Assembly (NCBI GenBank): GCA_028686145.1
Contig: JAQUCQ010000001.1
Location: 1-41,830, forward strand
Direction: 5' to 3'
DNA: 41,830 bases
Source: Desulfuromonadaceae bacterium
Lineage (GTDB): Bacteria > Desulfobacterota > Desulfuromonadia > Geobacterales > Pseudopelobacteraceae
Position 1 is the stretch's first letter. Each line of letters begins with the position of its first letter. A program made the position numbers and the translations under genes. The notes under the pieces are model-generated. The model had not been told where the DNA came from, did no database searches, and saw nothing but the letters and a program-made list of their open reading frames with translations. Positions 27,627 through 35,957 of this stretch are shown here, in pieces.

Positions 27627-29700
27627 TTAAACTTACCACCCCTAGTGACTGGATTTTGACATTCTGAGGTATCTCGTTGTGTGACAGTACTGCCATATGC
27701 GGGACAAAGCGCTCAATCAATTTCCTGACGTGGCGGCGGATTGATGGAGAAGCCAGAAGCAGCGGCTGGGCGCCGCTGGCTCCAAATCGTTCGGATACGC
27801 TCCGGATAGACGAAATGATCTGCTGGGCTATAGCCGGCTCTATTGCCAGATAGCTCCCTTGATCGGATGGCTGGATCGCATCCGCAATCAGATCCTCTAC
27901 TTCCCGGTCAATCGTTACCAGAAAAAGTGTCTCATCTTCAAGCTTATACTGATCCACAATGAATCTTCCGAGCCCTTGCCGGACAAACTCGGTTAACACA
28001 TCGGGGTCCTTGGTAAGCGAAGCATAATCGGCAAGACTTTCCAGGATCGTGCGCATATCGCGTATTGAAACACCTTCTTTGAGCAGACTCTTGACAACTC
28101 GCAGCACCGTTCCCAGGTTCAGCAGATTCGGGATCAGTTCATCAATAACTTTGGGGGCCGTGACAGCAACATTATCCAGCAGTTGCTGCAGTTCCTGGCG
28201 GCCAAGCAGTTCATGTGAATAACGCTTGATAATTTCGCTGATATGGGTGGCGACAACGGTCGTGCTGTCTACAATCGTATAACCGTTGATCTGGGCCTGG
28301 TCACGATCTTCGCTGCGGATCCAGACAGCTGGCAAGCCGAACACCGGCTCTTTGGTTGCCTTACCGGGCAGGCTGGCTGTTACGGCACCGGAATCCATGG
28401 CCAGATACTGACCGGTTAACTCACTTCCTCCCACACGTGCCCCGCGAATCAGCAAATTGTACTCATACGGTTTGAGTTGCAGATTGTCGTGAATGTGAAT
28501 TGGCGGGACGACAAAGCCCATTTTTTGCGCGGTCTGACGGCGGATGGAGCGGATGCGTTCCAGCAGTTCACCGTTCTGGGCGGCGTCAACCATTGGCACC
28601 AAACCATAACCGACTTCCAGCTCCAGGACATCCAGAGGCCGTATATTCGAGGCTTGATCAATCGACTCCTCGCCGGCGGTTGCTTCAGCTATGTCAGATT
28701 CTTCAATTACCTCTGCCTTTTCACGAGCCATCTTGCCAATCAGGAAGGTAACGCCTGACAACAGTAAAAAAGCAAAATGCGGTAGTCCTGGAATGAGTGC
28801 AAACAAAAACATGACACCTGAAGCAACAAAAAAAGCCTTCGGGTAGTTCATGAATTGCCCGGTAAGCTCTTGGCCAAAACTGTTCTCATCAGCGGAGCGG
28901 GTAACAAGGATACCGGCTGCCGTAGAAATAACGAGGGCAGGGATCTGGGCGACCAATCCCTCGCCAATTGTCAACAGTGTATAGTTTGAGAGTGCGTTCA
29001 TCAGCGGCATGCCCTGCTGCCAAACCCCGATAATCAAGCCGCCGAAGATATTTATCAGGACAATCATGATTCCTGCAACGGCATCTCCGCGCACAAATTT
29101 GCTCGCACCATCCATGGAACCGTAAAAATCTGCCTCGCGGGATATTTTCATGCGTCGCAACTTTGCTTCTTTATCCGTCAGCAGACCGGCTGAAAGGTCA
29201 GCATCAATTGCCATCTGCTTACCCGGCATGGCATCCAGCGTAAAGCGTGCGGCAACCTCGGCAACGCGTCCGGCACCTTTTGTGATAACCACAAAGTTTA
29301 TAACAACCAGAATCAGGAACAGTACCGCGCCAACGATGTAATTGCCGCCAACAACGAACTGCCCGAATGCCTTGATTACAGCTCCCGCCGCATCGCCTCC
29401 CTCACTGCCGTGCAACAGTATCAATCGGGTTGAGGCGATATTCAGCGCCAGTCGGAAGAGGGTTGTGACCAGTAGTACCGAGGGAAAAACTGAAAAATCA
29501 AGTGGTTGGACCGTATAAAGGCAAATCAGCAGAATGGACAGGGCAATCGTTATGTTGGCAGCCAGAAAGATGTCAAGGATGAACGCCGGGAGAGGAATAA
29601 TCATCAGCGCCAGAATACCGATCAACCCCACGGCGACATAGATGTCTGAGTTTTTACGAAAACCGCGTAACTCTATTGCTTCTACGGAACCATTAGCCAT
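27616..29700 (-). CDS. flhA: Flagellar type III export gate protein
   Basis: ORF 27616..29868. ATG 29700 (MANGSVEAIELRGFRKNSDIYVAVGLIGILALMIIPLPAFILD) gives a canonical 694-aa FlhA with the FHIPEP region (GAGRVAEVAARFTLDAMPGKQMAIDADL). The 56 codons upstream are non-homologous. It overlaps flhF by 11 nt. Confidence 0.9.
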   Translation of the reverse strand: MANGSVEAIELRGFRKNSDIYVAVGLIGILALMIIPLPAFILDIFLAANITIALSILLICLYTVQPLDFSVFPSVLLVTTLFRLALNIASTRLILLHGSEGGDAAGAVIKAFGQFVVGGNYIVGAVLFLILVVINFVVITKGAGRVAEVAARFTLDAMPGKQMAIDADLSAGLLTDKEAKLRRMKISREADFYGSMDGASKFVRGDAVAGIMIVLINIFGGLIIGVWQQGMPLMNALSNYTLLTIGEGLVAQIPALVISTAAGILVTRSADENSFGQELTGQFMNYPKAFFVASGVMFLFALIPGLPHFAFLLLSGVTFLIGKMAREKAEVIEESDIAEATAGEESIDQASNIRPLDVLELEVGYGLVPMVDAAQNGELLERIRSIRRQTAQKMGFVVPPIHIHDNLQLKPYEYNLLIRGARVGGSELTGQYLAMDSGAVTASLPGKATKEPVFGLPAVWIRSEDRDQAQINGYTIVDSTTVVATHISEIIKRYSHELLGRQELQQLLDNVAVTAPKVIDELIPNLLNLGTVLRVVKSLLKEGVSIRDMRTILESLADYASLTKDPDVLTEFVRQGLGRFIVDQYKLEDETLFLVTIDREVEDLIADAIQPSDQGSYLAIEPAIAQQIISSIRSVSERFGASGAQPLLLASPSIRRHVRKLIERFVPHMAVLSHNEIPQNVKIQSLGVVSLNAG

Positions 29701-29753
29701 AAAAAGGTATCTGCCAGCCGCCTTGTTGATCGTAGTATTGAGCCACTTTTCCA

Positions 29754-29769
29754 TGCATTTTTCGTGCCG
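29754..29769 (-). promoter_or_regulatory. Candidate sigma-54 (-24/-12) promoter of the flhA operon
   Basis: The minus strand reads cGGCACGaaaaaTGCa against the consensus TGGCACG-N4-TTGCW. That is 10 of 12 defined positions, and the GG-N10-GC spacing is exact. It lies about 55 nt upstream of the flhA ATG. Confidence 0.45.
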
Positions 29770-30071
29770 TAAGCGCCTGAATTGCCTGCGTTTCGTTGCG
29801 AAAACGGTTGGGCCGACGGATGTCGGCGTTGTAGCTGTTACAACGGACGAGATGTTGGTTGTTCGCAAGTGTCAAATTATTGAAAACGTCAAGCAGTTGA
29901 CTTTGCTCCGCTCGATAGCTTAGTCCATGCATCAAAAAGCGTAACGGGGGAAACCATCATATTTGAATAAAGTGGAAAAATACCCTGCAAGATACCACAG
30001 AAACTCATCCTCGCATACTAATCAAAAAACACACGCTGAAAAGGGACTAACGAAAGAATTGCATTCACTAT

Positions 30072-30677
30072 TCAGCGGCCGGCAGCACTGCCCCAGAGTT
30101 CTTGCAGTCTTCTATCCCGACCACAGCTGCTCCGGTAAAAGTGGTAGCGGATCGGATTTTTTTTATAATAGTGCTGATGATACTCTTCAGCCGGATAAAA
30201 TGTCGTTGCAGGTGTTATTTCAGTCACAATTGGCTCCCGAAAAGGTTTGATCTTTTCAAGCTCAGATTTAGACCGGAGCGCCTCTTTGTGCTGTTCTTCT
30301 CCCTGATAAAAAACTGCAGATCGATATTGATGGCCTACGTCGCAAAACTGACGATCCATGACTGTCGGATCAATATTGTGCCAGAAGACTGAAAGGAGTG
30401 CGGAATATGAAATTCGTGCCGGATCAAAAACGATCTGTACCGCTTCAGCATGTCCGGTACCTCCGGCAGATACTTCCTTGTATGTCGGATTCTTCGTATG
30501 TCCGCCCGTATATCCAGCGGTTACCGATATCACGCCGGGAAGCTTATCAAAAGGAGCTTCCATGCACCAGAAACAGCCACCGGCAAAAGTTGCTTTTTCG
30601 AGATTGGCAGCGTGTAAGGGGATAGTCGCCATGGTGGCAAACAACATCCCCGTCAGCAATAAAAGTATCGTTTTCAT
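30072..30677 (-). CDS. msrA: Peptide-methionine (S)-S-oxide reductase, exported
   Basis: The catalytic GCFWCMEAPF follows a signal peptide MKTILLLLTGMLFATMATIPLHA. The MsrA core includes GHAEAVQIVFDP and YHQHY. Confidence 0.9.
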   Translation of the reverse strand: MKTILLLLTGMLFATMATIPLHAANLEKATFAGGCFWCMEAPFDKLPGVISVTAGYTGGHTKNPTYKEVSAGGTGHAEAVQIVFDPARISYSALLSVFWHNIDPTVMDRQFCDVGHQYRSAVFYQGEEQHKEALRSKSELEKIKPFREPIVTEITPATTFYPAEEYHQHYYKKNPIRYHFYRSSCGRDRRLQELWGSAAGR

Positions 30678-30694
30678 ATTCCACCTCCGTACGG

Positions 30695-31249
30695 CTATTT
30701 TTTGAAAGCGACAAAATCCAGGGCGGCAGAGTTCATGCAGTAACGCAACCCAGTCGGTGGTGGCCCGTCATTAAAAACATGACCAAGATGTCCGCCACAG
30801 CGTCGGCACAGAACTTCTGTCCGCCGAGAGAAGAGACTGTTATCTGCAGCCGTCGTAATGTTGTCCGGAGAAATTGGGGCAAAAAAACTCGGCCACCCTG
30901 TTCCGGACTCATATTTATCTTCCGAACGAAACAGATCCAAGCCACATCCTGCACAGCGATAGATGCCATGTTCGTGAGAATATGCGTACTTCCCCGTGCC
31001 GGCCTGCTCGGTACCTTTCTGTCGCAAAATGTGGAACTGTTCGGGCGTCAACTGTTTTTTCCATTCTGCTTCTGTCCTGACAACTTTCTCGCTCATGATA
31101 TATCCCCTCTTTTCATACGAATACACCTTTATCGGTCCTGAATGTTGGGCCAGAGTCGATGTCTCTCCTTTATTAGCACATCCCTGAATAGCACCGGATA
31201 ACACCAGAACTATCGCCATAAAAACCACCTGTACTCTATGGTTTCTCAT
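30695..31249 (-). CDS. msrB: Peptide-methionine (R)-S-oxide reductase, exported (lipoprotein-type signal)
   Basis: The SelR domain has two CxxC zinc motifs (YRCAGCG, CRRCGGHLGHVF) and the catalytic GLRYCMNS. The N-terminus MRNHRVQVVFMAIVLVLSGAIQGC resembles a lipobox. Confidence 0.9.
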   Translation of the reverse strand: MRNHRVQVVFMAIVLVLSGAIQGCANKGETSTLAQHSGPIKVYSYEKRGYIMSEKVVRTEAEWKKQLTPEQFHILRQKGTEQAGTGKYAYSHEHGIYRCAGCGLDLFRSEDKYESGTGWPSFFAPISPDNITTAADNSLFSRRTEVLCRRCGGHLGHVFNDGPPPTGLRYCMNSAALDFVAFKK

Positions 31250-31503
31250 AATTAACCCCTTTGCAGAGACCTGATGTGGTATGTACTCTCATGCAAAATT
31301 ATACCACCTTGAACATGTGTTTGGAGTAGAGAACTAACTTTTAACGTACTAGAATGCAGCAGAAAGTATTTTGTAATATGCAGCCCTTTTTTGGGGTTGA
31401 GTAAGCAGACTGTCTGAGGTATTCTTCGCCATTAGCGATAAGTGAATGGTGTCATTGTATTCGGGCACGTTATTTTATTATTTTACACACAAGGAGTCAC
31501 ATC

Positions 31504-31929
31504 ATGGCTAGTCTTAACAAGGTTATGCTGATCGGAAATCTGGGTAAAGACCCGGAAGTGCGTTTTACCGCATCCGGCCAAGCAGTAGCAAGTTTTTCCC
31601 TTGCTACAAGTGAAAAGTTCAAGGGGAAGTCGGGGGAATGGGAAGAACGCACAGAGTGGCACAATATTACTCTCTGGGGCAAGTTGGCCGAAATTGCTGG
31701 TGAATACCTTGCCAAAGGGAAGACGGTCTACATCGAGGGACGTTTGCAAACCCGCAAGTGGCAGGATAAGAGCGGTAATGACCGTTACACAACCGATATT
31801 GTCGGAGACAAGATGCAGATGCTTTCCGCCAAAGGGGAACGCAGTGGAGGTGATGCTCCATCAACTGCCAAAACTAGTGGCACGACTTACGAAGAGCCGC
31901 CGTTCCAGGATGATGATATTCCCTTCTAG
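31504..31929 (+). CDS. ssb: Single-stranded DNA-binding protein
   Basis: It has the OB-fold N-terminus [22 protein letters not shown], the motif [14 protein letters not shown] and the acidic tail DDDIPF. Confidence 0.95.
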   Translation: MASLNKVMLIGNLGKDPEVRFTASGQAVASFSLATSEKFKGKSGEWEERTEWHNITLWGKLAEIAGEYLAKGKTVYIEGRLQTRKWQDKSGNDRYTTDIVGDKMQMLSAKGERSGGDAPSTAKTSGTTYEEPPFQDDDIPF

Positions 31930-31955
31930 GAACCACCTACCAAAACTATGTAAAC

Positions 31956-31992
31956 AAAACCCCATCAGATTCAATTCTAATGGGGTTTTTTT
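31956..31992 (+). terminator. Rho-independent terminator of ssb
   Basis: A 10-bp perfect stem pairs AAAACCCCAT (31956-31965) with ATGGGGTTTT (31980-31989). It runs into a T-tract (31986-31992), 27 nt after the ssb stop. Confidence 0.8.
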
Positions 31993-32131
31993 GTGTTTCA
32001 AACTCAATAATACGAAACAGTCTTATTTGTAGTTAAATTATATTAGTAATATTGATCTGCTTTGGCTATTCTTTAGAATAGGGATAGAGATTAATTAGTA
32101 CTGTTATTGTGAGTTCATTCAGGGGAGAGGC

Positions 32132-34624
32132 ATGCCTGATATAAAGAAATTCACCGACTTTTCGAGTGGGTTCAAAAGACGTTTGATGATTACGGTAATT
32201 TTTCTGAACCTACTCGTCTATGGCCTTGCCGGTTTATCGCTGTATCAAAGCAGGGTCACGTACGAAAAAAATGCTGCCATAACAACACAGAACCTTGCAA
32301 GAGTCCTTGATGATTTTATCAAAGGGGAGATAGGCCGTATAGATATGGCACTTATTGCCGTTAAGTACGAGGCTGAAGAGGAACTGGCAAGTGGAGGTAT
32401 AAACAATGATGCTCTAGACAGGTATATGAGGCGAACCCACACTTATCTGCCCATTCTCCAGGGGATACGGATGACCAACTCCAGTGGAGACATAAAATAT
32501 GGGACCGGCTTAACTCCCGGTACGGTCGTGAATATTGCCGATCGCGACTATTTTATCTATGAGCATGACAACCCCAACGGAGGCCTCTTTATTTCAAAGC
32601 CTCTCTTTGGGCGGGTAGCTAAAACATGGGTTATCACCATTGCCCGTCGTATCAACAACACTGACGGTTCTTTTGCCGGCATTGTCTATGGCGGTCTCGC
32701 ACTTGATCAGTTTATCAAAAGTTTTTCCGCAATAGATGTCGGTAAAAACGGCTCTATCACACTTCGCGACACCGAAATGGCTTTAATTGTCAGGTATCCT
32801 GAACTCGACAATACAATCGGTACTAAAACCGTATCTAAAAAGTTAACTGATCTGTTCAAGGCGGGGAACAAAAGCGCTACATACAGAGCTTACGCTGGTA
32901 TTGACAATACAGAAAGACTGATCTCCTACCGACAAATTTCCGATTATCCCTTGGTCATAATAGTTGCCTTAGCAAAGGAGGAATATCTTGCTGAATGGCA
33001 AAATGAAATTTTGAAGTATTTGGGCCTGGCGGCAATCTTCACCATGGTTACACTGTTCTCTTCAAGAATGCTGCTGGCTCGGTGGAAACATGAAAAGGAG
33101 ATTGAGAACGAACTACGGAAGAGCTGGAAACAAATGGAGGACATCATCAATTTTCTGCCGGACGCGACTCTGGCAATTGATAAGAATAAGCGTGTCATAA
33201 TCTGGAACCGGGCAATCGAGGAGATGACGGGCATTTCGGCCCGGGAAATGATCGGCAGAGGCGAGTATGTCTACACAATTCCATTTTATGGAGTGGCACA
33301 ACCACATTTGATTGATTTGCTTTTCAAGGCATGTGAAAAAATTCCGTCTCAGTACATTAATGTCACTCGCAAGGGCAATACCGTCATGGGGGAGGCATAT
33401 TGTAAATCCCTTTACAACAGTAAAGGAGCATGGGTCTTCGCCAAGGCAGCACCCCTATATGATCAATCTGGGGAATTTATTGGGGCGATAGAGATCATCC
33501 GCGATATTACCGAATCCAAACAAGCCTTCGAGCAAATTGAGACGCTTTCAAAGCGTCTCAATTTGGCCGTGTCATCCGGAAATTTAGGCGTTTGGGATTG
33601 GACCATAACTGACAACCATCTGGTTTGGAACGACCGGATGTTTGAACTGTACGGCATTGCACACGAAGCATTCCTTGGCAATATTGATGCATGGCTGAAC
33701 GGGTTGCACCCAGAAGACAAGGAGGAGGCAGTTTCTGAATTTCAAGCTGCTTTGAACGGAGAGAAAAAGTTTGACACTATCTTCCGCGTCAGACATCCGG
33801 ACGGTACGGTGAAGCATATCAAGGCCTATGGTGTGGTAATAAGGGGAGCAAACGGCACGGCAGAGCAAATGATTGGCATCAACTCTGACATAACTGAAAT
33901 TAAACGTGCCGAGGAAGAAAAGGCCAAACTTGAATATCAGCTCTTATTACAAAGCCGCTTGGCTGCCATGGGAGAGATGATCAACAATATTGCCCATCAA
34001 TGGCGGCAACCACTCAACAATATCGGGTTGATTGTGCAGAACTTACAATATTCTTTTGCTTCAGGGGAGCTTACCAAAATCGAGTTTGATGCGGATGTAG
34101 ATACAATTATGCAGATCGCCAAGTATATGTCCAGCACCATAAACGACTTCAGAAACTTCTTCCGACAAGATAAAGAGAAATGCGCATTTCTAATTAGTAT
34201 AGCTGTGATTCAGGCTACGGGGCTTCTTACCGCGGCCTTAAAGGACGGGTACATTGATCTTGAATTGCAGCTCGATGAGAACGTAGAAGTTTTTGGTTAC
34301 ATGAATGAATATATGCAGGCATTACTAAATATAATTGCCAATGCCAAAGATGTCTTGCTGGAGAGGGCGATTAAAGAACCACGGATCGCTATACGGGCTT
34401 TCAGTGAAAATAGTCTATCGGTTGTAACAGTGCGTGACAACGCCGGGGGCATTGATGAGAAGATCCTTCCTAAGGTTTTTGATCCTTATTTTACCACGAA
34501 AGGGGCAGGGAATGGTACTGGCATCGGCTTGTATATGTCGAAGATAATAATTGAAAAAAACATGGGAGGCAGGCTTACGGTGTCAAATATACCTAGTGGT
34601 GCTGAATTCAGGATAGAGGTATGA
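32132..34624 (+). CDS. Sensor histidine kinase (TM - periplasmic Cache-like domain - TM - PAS - PAS - kinase)
   Basis: Two hydrophobic segments (LMITVIFLNLLVYGLAGLSLY, YLGLAAIFTMVTLFSSRMLLA) flank a domain of about 250 aa. PAS-like blocks follow (DATLAIDKNKRVIIWNRAIEEMTG; GNLGVWDWTITDNHLVWNDRMFELYG). The H-box is NNIAHQWRQPLNNI, and the ATPase has N and G boxes (NIIANAKD, DNAGGI, GTGIGLYMS). A GGGGAGAGG RBS precedes the start. Confidence 0.85.
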   Translation: MPDIKKFTDFSSGFKRRLMITVIFLNLLVYGLAGLSLYQSRVTYEKNAAITTQNLARVLDDFIKGEIGRIDMALIAVKYEAEEELASGGINNDALDRYMRRTHTYLPILQGIRMTNSSGDIKYGTGLTPGTVVNIADRDYFIYEHDNPNGGLFISKPLFGRVAKTWVITIARRINNTDGSFAGIVYGGLALDQFIKSFSAIDVGKNGSITLRDTEMALIVRYPELDNTIGTKTVSKKLTDLFKAGNKSATYRAYAGIDNTERLISYRQISDYPLVIIVALAKEEYLAEWQNEILKYLGLAAIFTMVTLFSSRMLLARWKHEKEIENELRKSWKQMEDIINFLPDATLAIDKNKRVIIWNRAIEEMTGISAREMIGRGEYVYTIPFYGVAQPHLIDLLFKACEKIPSQYINVTRKGNTVMGEAYCKSLYNSKGAWVFAKAAPLYDQSGEFIGAIEIIRDITESKQAFEQIETLSKRLNLAVSSGNLGVWDWTITDNHLVWNDRMFELYGIAHEAFLGNIDAWLNGLHPEDKEEAVSEFQAALNGEKKFDTIFRVRHPDGTVKHIKAYGVVIRGANGTAEQMIGINSDITEIKRAEEEKAKLEYQLLLQSRLAAMGEMINNIAHQWRQPLNNIGLIVQNLQYSFASGELTKIEFDADVDTIMQIAKYMSSTINDFRNFFRQDKEKCAFLISIAVIQATGLLTAALKDGYIDLELQLDENVEVFGYMNEYMQALLNIIANAKDVLLERAIKEPRIAIRAFSENSLSVVTVRDNAGGIDEKILPKVFDPYFTTKGAGNGTGIGLYMSKIIIEKNMGGRLTVSNIPSGAEFRIEV

Positions 34625-34724
34625 CGTGGCTCTCCTCTAAAGGAACCTGGTTTATTTAATAGGTGAAAATCAGAAGGAAGGTACATATTAATAACATCTT
34701 AATTCAAAAGAGAAATTATTTGAC

Positions 34725-35471
34725 ATGAAAACATCGTTAAATTGCAATAGTTTCATAAAACTAACACTCTGTGTGCTGTTCGTTGTTTGCTTTATTGATT
34801 GTGGAAGTGCCTTTGCTGCAACGAATGATGCGATTAACACGGTCAGCGTAAATTATATCATCAAAAGTCTTGGTTCAGAGATCGGTACTGTCAGTGCAAA
34901 AACTACTGGGACAGCTCGTGACAACGATTTTCAGGCTGATACAAATGTGAAAGTCCACTTCTGGTTTATAAATTTTTCTCTTTCGAGCTGTGAGAATGCA
35001 CGCATCCGCGAAGGTAAGCTGGTGAAGTACCATAAAATTGTTGATACCAACGGGCACCGCAAGGAGATAACAGGAAAACTGATTGGAAACGTTTTTGAGA
35101 TGGTGACCCGCGAAGGAGGGAAGGAGCAACATACGGATATTCCAACGACGGGCTATGTCTCCACCACAATTGAATATCCTGAAGTGACGCTGGCTCTGGG
35201 AGAGATCCGGAAAATGCTGGTAGTCGATCTGGGGACTTCCGCCATTGTTGGCCGAAAATACCGGCACGTCACGGAAGAGCACACTAAAATCAACGGGCGG
35301 GACAATCAAGTCATTGTGTCGGACTTTTCCGACAAAAATGCCGAAGGCAGGCGGTGGACAACTATTATAGCTGGACTGCCGATTGTATTGCGACAAGAAG
35401 GTAAGGAAAAAGTGGGCCTGTTTAATTCCTCCTATAAGGTGCTCGAGACCAAGGTGGCTATCGGTCCTTAA
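34725..35471 (+). CDS. Secreted hypothetical protein (beta-rich; possibly DUF3108/DUF6134-like)
   Basis: The signal peptide ends GSAFA, followed by ATN. The body alternates hydrophobic and polar residues. The resemblance to DUF3108/DUF6134-type proteins is from memory only. The opposite-strand ORF 34875..35495 looks like non-coding translation. Confidence 0.55.
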   Translation: MKTSLNCNSFIKLTLCVLFVVCFIDCGSAFAATNDAINTVSVNYIIKSLGSEIGTVSAKTTGTARDNDFQADTNVKVHFWFINFSLSSCENARIREGKLVKYHKIVDTNGHRKEITGKLIGNVFEMVTREGGKEQHTDIPTTGYVSTTIEYPEVTLALGEIRKMLVVDLGTSAIVGRKYRHVTEEHTKINGRDNQVIVSDFSDKNAEGRRWTTIIAGLPIVLRQEGKEKVGLFNSSYKVLETKVAIGP

Positions 35472-35605
35472 AGGTGTCGTGGGCGACTGAGCCATAGATA
35501 GAGATAACGATTTGCTGCAATAAGATCTCTACGCCAATTTGGGTTATTAGTACTATAATATGAAGAGTAGAAAGGAAAAGAAAAGGGCTTTGAAGGAGGT
35601 GCCCT

Positions 35606-35821
35606 ATGAAAAGACTTCTTGTCCTTATTGTTGCCCTGATATCTTTATTGGCCGGTTGCGTGGTTTATCCAGGATATTATGATGGCTATTATCGTCCTTA
35701 CCCATACGGTTACTACGGCTATGTGGAACCGGATTTAAATGTCTTTTTCTATGGTGGTCACGGTTACCATGATGGCCATGGTTACCGTGGTCGCAGCCGC
35801 TGGGATGACGATCGGCGATAG
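35606..35821 (+). CDS. Tyr/Gly-rich small lipoprotein (71 aa)
   Basis: A strong RBS GAAGGAGGTG lies 5 nt upstream of the ATG. The lipobox is LLAGC. The 54-aa mature part has 13 Tyr, 10 Gly and 3 His, with GYY/GHGY repeats and a charged RSRWDDDRR end. Confidence 0.7.
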   Translation: MKRLLVLIVALISLLAGCVVYPGYYDGYYRPYPYGYYGYVEPDLNVFFYGGHGYHDGHGYRGRSRWDDDRR

Positions 35822-35957
35822 TGCATAGAAGTAGCGTTTTTTTATTCTTAGCTTATGTTTTGGTATATTAGAACGGCCGGCGTTCTCCTGTTCATAAAGA
35901 TTTGGCTCTATCTAGCAATGCTACTCTCGGCGTAATTCGTTATTACCGTAATCGGTG

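Noticed and set aside
29701-29868. 56-codon N-terminal extension of flhA (ORF-track start 29868) and the overlapping 80-aa ORF 29693..29935
   Set aside because: The extension (MRTTNISSVVTATTPTSVGP...) has no counterpart in FlhA proteins, which start about 20 residues before the first TM helix, as the 29700 start does. The region also contains the candidate sigma-54 promoter. The 80-aa ORF has no RBS or motif.
34875-35495. 206-aa minus-strand ORF overlapping the 248-aa secreted-protein gene
   Set aside because: Only one of the two can reasonably be real. The plus-strand frame has a proper signal peptide with an AFA cleavage site and a balanced composition. The minus-strand frame has neither and ends inside the spacer.
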